A stretch of DNA of 20,000 nt, taken from the NCBI GenBank assembly GCA_009602725.1, contig WELB01000004.1, positions 678,076 through 698,075 on the forward strand, given 5' to 3'. The position numbers were made by a program, and so were the translations under genes. The stretch's first letter is position 1; every line of letters begins with the position of its first letter. The stretch is from Spirogloea muscicola (Eukaryota). The notes beneath the pieces were generated by a model. That model made no database searches and had not been told where the DNA came from. It worked only from the letters and a program-made list of their open reading frames with translations. Below are positions 11,750 to 20,000 of the stretch, in pieces.

Positions 11750-12566
11750 ACATCACAATGCGTCAAGGCTGCTTATTGCAACGTCACCATGCACGCAGGT
11801 CCAAGCGAGTGCGAGTGCGGCTTCTGTGCAGAGGGTGCTGAGCTCGCCACTCACATGCTGAGATGCCCCACTGGGCCAGAAGTGGTGGGCATCCACAACC
11901 TCCTCCGCGATGCCCTGGCGGGTTTGATGCGCGACGCCGGCTACCGTGCAGTCGTGGAAGTCAACGATATCATGCCTATCACCACGGACGCCCAGGGACG
12001 TCATCATCGCCGCACACTTGACATTGTGGGCGTGCAACCTGGTGGAGGACCACGGGCCCTGGTCGACGTTGTGGTAATAGAGGCGTACAAGGGACCAGCA
12101 TCCACACACATCGCTGGTCACGCAGTGGGCGTTGCAGAACAAAGAAAGCTGCAGCGTTACTCCGACTACCCTCAATGCGATCAGCTCCTGCCAGCGGCAA
12201 TCGACGTCTTTGGTTGTCTGGGTCCTCGTTTCCACACCCTCCTCCAAAACATTGCCAATCTAGGCTACACACGTCATGCAGATGTGTTTCCGGTTGAGTT
12301 GGGCTTGCCAGCTGCATATCTGTCTTTCTTGCGACGACGTGTTTCGGCCTGTTTGCAGCGTGCTCAGGCTAATGCCTTGCACCAGAAAGCTGGCCGAGCT
12401 CTAGTTGGTGGCAGAAGGGCTTAGTATCTGACATCTAGTATTCAGGCATCGATTAGCGACCTTTATGTTTTGACCCGTGGTTACGGAGCGGGTCACTTTG
12501 CTGTAGATTATGTAGGTCTTTAGATGTGCTTGCCTTTGTACTTGGCCTTTGGCCTTCGTTTGTTTC
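11750..12566 (+). mobile_element. 5'-truncated CRE-like non-LTR retrotransposon: zinc knuckle plus restriction-like endonuclease
   Basis: ORF 11789-12424: CEC-x11-H-x3-C, HNLLRDAL, LDIV...LVDVVV, AEQRKLQRY, PAAIDVFGCLG, RRVSACLQRAQA. In-frame continuation past TAG 12422-12424 gives SISDLYVLTRGY, so this is a premature stop. T-rich tail to ~12566. Confidence 0.88.
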
Positions 12567-12625
12567 AAATACACGAAAGTTTCCTCCAAGCGAAGGATTT
12601 TGGCGGAAATATTTCTTTTATCACA

Positions 12626-13080
12626 AAGCGCAAATGTGCGGACCACCCTGCCGGTATTAAGTTTGTGGCGCTGGGATGATAGTGCACAGGCGTTTGGCAG
12701 TCGGTGGCTGGACCTCCTGCAGCCGCTTGATGGGGGGCCATCAATCGTCGTCAGGAAAGCCAGGTGAGATGCTTGGCTTCAATGCTGCCGGGTCGCTTGC
12801 CCAAATGTTCCGCATGCGGACTCCATCTTTTTTCCAACGGTCCAGGCTCATGCCGTGCACTTGCGGTCAGGCTGCGCACTGGCTGCTGCTTAGCTTGGAT
12901 GACACGTTTCCAAGTGCAACTTACTTGCGGCTGCTGACTCGGGGTTACTAAGCTCCCGTTCGCTGTAGCCACTGGTATAGCTGTGTGGTCATAGCGCCAT
13001 TCGGCCGTTTAGACCTTGTCCATTTTGTCTGGGCTGGCTTTTCATAGACCTCGCTCCCTTCTTTGCCACCTTAGCATAGG
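12626..13080 (+). mobile_element. Degenerate 3' fragment of CRE-like element
   Basis: Frameshifted pieces KRKCADHPAGIKFVALG / AFGSRWLDLL / FNAAGSLAQMFRMR / AHAVHLRSG / YLRLLTRGY* are colinear with the 9551-9949 element. The 3' UTR aligns with 8140-8235. Confidence 0.8.
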
Positions 13081-13675
13081 GCTTCGATGCGTGTGTTTCC
13101 ACTTCCTGCAATGGCTTTTGCCTGAACAAAGCAAGCGCGGCCAGATTGACTGGTGGCTGGGAGAGGCCAGAGTATTGGCTTGGATTGGCCACCCTTTCGA
13201 GATTCACGCGCATCGCGCGCCTCCCGCTATTTGAACGAGCTGCTTCTTCTTTGACGTCAGCAGCCGCTGTTCTGGGGCCAGAGGCGGTGCTGGCCTTGCA
13301 GGGCGGGTGACGTTGCATCACGACGCGCGCCTGTGGGTCCCAGGGTCACCGTGTCGCCTGGCCCGTTTAGGCGCAGTTTCCCAAGAAGGCTCCTGGTGGC
13401 AGCAGAGCTCCACTGGAAGCAGCAGCCAAGTGGCGGCCGTGGCCAGGTGTCCGTACGCCTCCACCTGCGGACGGCAAGAATCTGTCGCTGGAGACAGCAC
13501 CTTCCCGGGAAGTAGCCTCCACCGGCAGACGACAAAGCGCTTGCTCCCAAACTAGCTCCCCGTCCGGCAGCTTCTGCGGAAGCCGCACGGGTGCGGGCCG
13601 CGACACGGGAGGGGGGCATCTCCCGCGCTCGCCCGGGCCCCGGCGGCGGCGGCCCCCGGCGAGGGGACGGGGGGG

Positions 13676-13677
<2 letters not shown>

Positions 13678-13771
<94 letters not shown>

Positions 13772-13772
13772 N

Positions 13773-13826
<54 letters not shown>

Positions 13827-13885
13827 AGAGAGGGAGGGAGATAAGTGGAGAGAGACAGAGAGATGGAGAGGGAGAGAGGAGAGAG
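13678..13885. repeat. (GA)n microsatellite with degenerate purine flank
   Basis: Pure GA from 13678 to ~13820 with an n at 13772, so the true length is uncertain. Lies ~250 bp upstream of the ATG at 14134. Confidence 0.95.
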
Positions 13886-14133
13886 CGGTCGTGGGGGGGT
13901 GCAATTGGGTGTACATTTTTGGGTATGTCGGGCAGCAGGACGTGCAATCAGTTCACTGGGAGCAGCCAATAAAAGCCCGAGGGCAGTCCTCGTTGCTCAC
14001 CAGTCCTGCGGCCATCGACTTTGCTTGCCTGCCCCACCCTGCCGCAGCTCGCCAGCAGCAGCCCACCAACCACCTGCCCGCAGCTGCAGCACCAGCAGCA
14101 GCTCCTCCCGCAGCGCCCAGCAAGCTGCCAGCC

Positions 14134-16542
14134 ATGGCGAGCAGCAGGGCCACGGCAGCCTGCACGCTCGCGCTGCTGCTCCTGGCGGCGGCGTGCGCGC
14201 TCGCCGACAACGAGATCATGCCAGCGCCGGCTTCCATCGGAGTGGACGTCCCTGCCACCTACTTCGGCCCCTCGCCCTCCATGGTGACGTTCAAAGCCTG
14301 TCTGTCTGACTTCCTTGCTGAGACGCGAGCTGTGTACGAGTAAGACGTGGATGCAGCACATCGTAGCATATTCGACTTGATAGATGCGGTCCAGAGGAGA
14401 AGAGGGCACCAAAAGGGGCGTGACACGCATACTAACCCTCAGACATGCACTGGCCTTGTATAGTAGTGCTTGCATGCAACTGCGAGCTTGGCATGTTCGT
14501 TTCTCGACCCAGAGAGGGCTTAGCTTTGCACACGTACTTGCATTGCGATCACCTTGGCTGCGGATGCTGACTGGCCAAGCTCGTGGACGATCGCTGCAGG
14601 TCCAGAAGGAGCTGATTGGGCCCTACCAGCTCCTCAAGTCTGGCACCATCGACCTTGACGCTGGCACCATCACGATCCCGCTCTACAGGGGCTCGCTTTC
14701 CAAGTCGCCGGGCACTCGGATCTGGTCAGCTTCATCACCAACCTTTCCAGGGCAGCAGCTGCCACCGCTCGCAGCTAAAAATGATCAGTGCTATCATCCA
14801 CAGATTCTTGTTGCCCTCAAGCCTCGCCTCTTGTGTTCCTGTTGAGTCCAATGTGTGCATGCACAACGTCCGGCCGATCAACTTACAGTCTCAAAGGTCT
14901 GCGGTGTGCTTGTAGGTACGTCATCACCGATACCGACGACGCTACCAACGCTGCAGCTTTGGGCATCAACCTCTCCGGCAAGCTGACATATGCAGGCCTT
15001 GGAGCCCGCGTGGCCAACTTTGATGGCAACAATCGTCTGGTCTTTAACTCGGGCACTGTCGACTTCACCCCAGTCCACTCGATCACCCCTGGCATTTCTC
15101 CAAATTTCTTCCCACCAAGGAACTCCACACCGGGAAGCATGGGTAAGTGCAAATGCTCTGACACCGAAGAGAAGCTTTCTGCATGGCAGCTTTCTGCATG
15201 GCAGTGCATCGCTTTCCGTCAAGCTTAAGGGGCAGCAGATTCAATATTGCACATTCGGAGTAGTACTTGAACAGTACAAGTGAAGAATAAATTCGAGTAT
15301 CCCAAACACTTCTGACTGCAACATATCCTAGCGCCTTCACGAGAGCTGACCTCTCGGATCTTGTGTTTGCACAAACAGGTTCACCCACCTACACACCGAT
15401 CATAAGGATCTCAAATGCTGGCGGCCACATTTACAATGCCCCCATTGTTGCTGGCAACGTCCCTGCAAGCACACTGCGGCAGTTCTGCAATGGTACGAAG
15501 CGCAATCCAGCGGTCGCATACCGCATGCTACACGACAAAGTGACAGCCATCTGCCCCAGCGCCGACGGCTTTGGAGGCACTGTGACACTTCAGCTCACCT
15601 CGGGTTTCAGCTTCGGTCGCCCTGTGCTTTATCTCAGGTGCCTTTTTTGCTCCACCTCACCTCTATTCCTGTCAGCACCTCACTGAATGCTAGATAACAG
15701 CAATCCTCTCTCAGATGCAATGGACCGACAGATATAACCAGCTCTGTGGCCTTGGATTTGGATGGTGATTGACGTTCCCTTGTGTTGTCATCAGCCTGGA
15801 CGCAGATAGCTCCCTCCCAGCGACCATGGAGTCTGTGACCTTTGCTCCTGGCTTGTCGAAGCAGGACACAAACGGCGATGACAACTTTGGGTCCCCAGTG
15901 GAGCGCCTCTTCGCTTTCACCAATGGCTACACCAACATGGACGTGAACGTGTGAGTGGTTGCCGCTGCGCCTCTCTCAGCAGCCTTTCTCTCGGCAGATG
16001 ACCAGAGGCCCCAGATCAACCTGAATGGATGCACTGTCTAAAGTAAATAGCTTCTGTTGTGGCAGGCTGAGGATGACGACGGGGCCCAACGAGACCGTTC
16101 ATCCATTGCGGCAAGGGTTCAACTCGGCCCTGCACGGCGACGGCTGGCCGCTCAACGTTCTTGGTGGCATCCCCACCGTTGCCACGGACTACAGTCCCCT
16201 GTGGGATCTCAATGTTGGCGAATGGACTGAGTATGCCATCAAGAACAACTACCGCACTCGCATCTTGGTGAGCACCATTGTCAGGATTCCCATCCTTGAC
16301 ATTGTTTGCCTAGATAGTCGAACCAACCTCGATTGTGCTAATCTCCTTTCGTCCTGGAGCAGGCAAATGTTAATTTTGAGCCAAATGAGTGAAACTGATG
16401 GTTGACTGCTACTGCATGTGCAGGACGAGTCACCATGTTGGGAGAGGTGCAGCGTGGCTACATCACAGCACCAGGAGGTGGTCCCTTTGGCAGCTTCGAT
16501 GTTGGCATTGTTAACTGCCCAATCGCTTACCGTTTCCTCTAG
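14134..16542 (+). CDS. Secreted protein of unknown function (~412 aa), 7 exons, apparent 1-nt frameshift in last exon
   Basis: GT-AG exons 14134-14283, 14600-14724, 14916-15142, 15379-15637, 15795-15950, 16066-16267, 16424-16542; phases are consistent through exon 6. Signal peptide MASSRATAACTLALLLLAAACALA. Motifs TYFGP.PS.VQKELIGPYQLLKSG, WYVITDT, IYNAP, GFSFGRPVLYLS, PLNVLGGIPTVATDYSPLWD and VNCPIAYRFL*. Confidence 0.85.
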
Positions 16543-17391
16543 AGCTATTGTCTGCAATAGGTTGTAACAAAGGCCTTCCAAGGCGCCCCTCTCTAAGGTG
16601 GAGCGGTCCGATGATATCAGCGAACATCGTTTTGTCACTCCAATATCGCCTGCAGTGAAGAGTGGTTTACATTACCACTGCAGATAGAACAATGTACAAT
16701 TGACCTCTGATAATAGGTGTCCATCATAGTGCTTTCATCCAGTAATATCAATGTTCTCATCTGACAATGTCTGGTGTTGCTGGTGAATCGTGTGTGCACA
16801 TCGATGTCCACGGGTATAACCAAGGAGAAAACCAACTCAAGCATATCCAGGCCAGAGAATGGCATGGGCAAAGTTCTATTGACCACGATGTGCCCAGCAC
16901 CCTTTGCATAATTTGCAGAAAAATAGTCAAAAACTGACTCATTCTTCTGACTCAAGACAAACCATACAAATCATAGGTAGATACACATGATTCTTACATG
17001 CCCGCCAAGCAACAATACTAACAACAAATGATTGCAATGATCAGCAATCCTTCCACATGAGTACAACGGACTACTGCTACACATTATGCTTGATATGCAG
17101 TGTAGTGCGATATTGTACATATTCGCAGATGGATGATGGAGTGTGTATTGAATGATTGAGGGCCTGAGTAGCCAAGTACAAAAGTAAGTACATAGACAGA
17201 TGTACATCACCTGCTGCTAAGCTGACCCACTCAGTATCCACATGAGCAATTTCAACATGGGGTGAATGCCTAGTCAGCACATGGAGGTCACTAACTAATG
17301 CCCTAATACCGGACGGTGTTTGACAAGCAATTGGCAGATGGAGAGCACTGTTGCGTAAGCGTAATGGCAACTCAAGATCGAATGCAAGACA

Positions 17392-20000
17392 TCACCAACC
17401 CCCATCGAGCTGCCAAACACTGAAAAGAAGACGCTTGACCTCCTTCTTGCTATAAACAAGATAACCTACTGCATGTAGAGCCTGTTGAGAAGCAGCAGCT
17501 GCAAGCGCACGGACCACCCGATTTCTCTCGTAGACAACCTTGAATTCGGCACTCAAATCGATAAGTTTGTCAAGAGCCTTTTCCCTCAGATAGCGACCGC
17601 ATGCCCGGTTTCTTAGAAGCTTGTTGTGACGCTCGTAGATCCAGACACCGCTCCTATCCAGGTGCTTCATTAACAACCTCTCTGCCATGACCAGATCCTG
17701 ACCACATCAGATCACAATGTCAATATATCTCTGGCATGCCACAGCAGCTGCTGGCAGAAGGTATCTACATCCTATTCATCAATAGCAGTGCGAGTTCCAA
17801 TATAGCTGCCCACTGTAGCTGATACAGGATGTCATAGAGTAGTTCTCTGCATTGGACTGCTTAGTTGACAACGTACACCTGGCAGCTCACCTGTATCCGC
17901 TGGCCCAAGTACTCAAGCCGCTCAAAGCAAAACCGTGGGTGGTCTGCTTTGTACAGGGAAGGGTGCAAGAATGACAACTGCGATGCATTTGCAAAGTCTC
18001 AGTCTAAGACACACTTCTGATCCACATCAGAACCAACTGGACATAAGCAAGAACAATGAAGTCATGAAAGATGATGATTCATGATAGACTGTGACTGTAA
18101 GGGCCTGTCCAGAGATACCAACATTCAATCAATAGACACTCCGTCATGAATCATTGAAAGGCATTACTGTGAGCCAGGAAGAGGGACATTCTGCACGAGG
18201 TGAGAGAGAGCTCACCTGCAGGGCGAGGGACAGCTCAACGTCCCGAGCAAGGGACACGCGGGGGTCCTCGCCAGGGAAGACGAGGGGGTACCTGAGGCAG
18301 TCAAAGACTTTGGGGAGGGCCTCCCTCTCCCAGCTATTGCCACGGAACCTGTGCATGCCCGGCGGCACGCAAGCCCGGAACAGCCGCGGGTGAGCAAAGA
18401 TGGAGCCCTCGGGAGCCTGCCAGAGCAGAGCCGAGCGACGCGAGACCGTGTAAGTGATGCTACGTTCAATGACAGCTCTACAGCGCCCTCGCCAAGGACT
18501 GCATAGGGGAAGAAGGTTGATATCAAACTTTTGCTCTGATGCAGCTAGCAGCCAACTGGAGGACCTCTTACTGAAAGTCACCAAGTGCAATCATACCGAT
18601 GCGGAGTGCTGGCAAAGGCTTTTAGTTAAGTACGGTGGATTAGAGCACGGTGCCAGCGATTGGTAATGGGGACAGCCGCTTGCCGGCAGACATGGAGATC
18701 AAGCCGCATGATGGGGCTCACCACGTAGTCGGCCACCTGCCTCCAGGCGACGGGGTCGCCATCAAGCTCAGGGACCACAAAGTCCTCATCGACGGGCCTG
18801 TGGGACGTCTGCGGCTGGGCCTCCACCGAGTCTAGATCGAGCGCAAAGACGTCAAAGAGGAGCCGGTACACCTCCCGCATACCCGAAGTGAGGTATGCGG
18901 CCCCCAACACTGCTAAGAAGACCCCCCTGCAATGTACAATTGCCACACAGGTGAGCCATGATGTATGATCCAGTGACTTCATTAAGTATCGACGATCAGT
19001 GGCTCTAGCTAAGAAGATTCTATGCAGGGTTTGCAACTCGTAGCAGCACTGCTGGTGCTCAGTCGTGGCCACCGAAAGCAGCAGCAAAGGGGTGAGAGCA
19101 GAGGCCCAAGCCATCTCTTCCCGACAGGGCCTGAGACTCAAGGTGCCTGCAGCAATAAAGGTGCAGAGTGGCGCACTTGCAGGCTGGCTCCCTCTCGTCG
19201 CGCGGCACACGCTCGATGAAGGGGCTGTCCGGGAACACGAGGCGGTCGAGCGAGGCCCGCAGGAGCACCGTCGGCAGCGCCCGCTTGTTGATCAGCGCGG
19301 AGGTCCTCTCGCGGAGGGCCGCCGGTGTCTCCCGCGGGTATCTCTGCAGACCTCGAGCCATCAGCGGGCTAGTGGGCAGTGAGGCATCGCCGCAGAGGAG
19401 GGCTATACGGAACTTGCATGCGCTTGCTGTGCGCACTAATGGGCAGTGAAGAGATAGAAGAATAGTATATATGATACAGTATAGTAGAAAGTATAGCATA
19501 GTAGTATAAAAGGAAGGTATAGCATTACAGTATAATATAGAAGAGTACAGATTTATGGAGAACCCAACATAGCAGCTTGGTAGCGCATCTGTTTTGAAAT
19601 TTACAGAAGGCGCAAGCGGCAGCGGCGACGGCGGAGGGCGGGGAGGCACACCTGGAGGAGGAGCTCCGCGAAAGCCAGCTCCACGACGTAGCCCCCGAGC
19701 AGCGCCAGGCGGGTGTGCGCTGCGAGGAGGTGCGGCGCGCGCTGGGCCTGCGGCCGCTCCCTGCCGAGCAGCCGCTGCGGCGCGCTGAGCATGCCGGAGC
19801 GCAGCCGCGCCATGGCCGCCAGGACTCGAAGACGGGCAGCAAGCGGCAGCAATGGCGGCGGAACGACAAAGGTCCGCCTTACTTGTGCATGAAGGCGAGG
19901 TAGAGGAGGTCGTCGAGCTTGGCAGAGGGCCCCGCTGCGGCGTCCGGCGGCGGCGACGGCGGGAGCGCCAGAGCCGCGCGCGCGGCGGCGAGGTTTGCGG
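17392..20000 (-). CDS. RNC1: Chloroplast RNase III domain-containing group II intron splicing factor RNC1 (5' part outside window)
   Basis: Exons >20000-19883, 19760-19652, 19343-19177, 18926-18722, 18416-18216, 17977-17891 and 17697-17392 splice in frame (GT-AG). Peptides LLQRYPRE, EVYRLLFDVF, FAHPRLFRACVPPGMHRFRGN.W, HPRFCFERLEYLGQRIQDLVMAERLLMKHLD and CGRYLREK are recognisably land-plant RNC1. Confidence 0.93.
19450..19550. repeat. AT-rich degenerate TAGTA/TATAG low-complexity tract inside an RNC1 intron
   Basis: Repeated GTATAG/TAGTA words within intron 19344-19651, in sharp contrast with the GC-rich flanks. Confidence 0.65.

Noticed and set aside
12989..13670. GC-rich segment with several overlapping ORFs
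   Set aside because: No recognisable domain, no consistent frame and no splice structure. It may be a decayed transposon or pseudogene but this cannot be supported.
13257..14133. ORFs with (ER)n or (SL)n tracts
   Set aside because: They are read-through of the GA microsatellite. The real start is the ATG at 14134, which is followed by a signal peptide.
15173..15204. 15-bp tandem duplication AGCTTTCTGCATGGC
   Set aside because: Ordinary intronic slippage duplication.
16635..17370. Short minus-strand ORFs between the two convergent genes
   Set aside because: AT-richer 3' UTR/intergenic sequence with no coding signal.

Overview
Intron-rich eukaryotic nuclear DNA, probably from a streptophyte green alga or plant. 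The evidence is a land-plant-type RNC1 gene, extensin repeats and a primer-binding site (PBS) matching plant tRNA-iMet; the organism is inferred. (1) 787-4901 (+): partial 13-exon gene for a putative cell-surface protein. It has four tandem 3-exon cysteine-rich modules (half-EGF, Pro linker, laminin-type EGF), then a full EGF domain and a Tyr-free Ser-Pro(3-6)-Lys extensin. It is cut off by a 2.9-kb poly-T/N assembly artefact (4902-7837). (2) About 8.1-13.1 kb: nested transposon cluster. It holds five 3' fragments of a CRE-like (restriction-like endonuclease, RLE) non-LTR family and two copies of an unknown TG-starting repeat. It also holds a rearranged Ty1/copia insertion (8619-9441, TGGAG target-site duplication, TSD) with a near-perfect 126-bp-arm hairpin next to a half-tRNA-iMet PBS and a gag start, a candidate natural hairpin silencer of its own family. 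(3) 14134-16542 (+): 7-exon gene for a secreted protein of unknown function with an apparent 1-nt frameshift in the last exon. (4) 17392->20000 (-): 3' seven exons of the chloroplast group II intron splicing factor RNC1.
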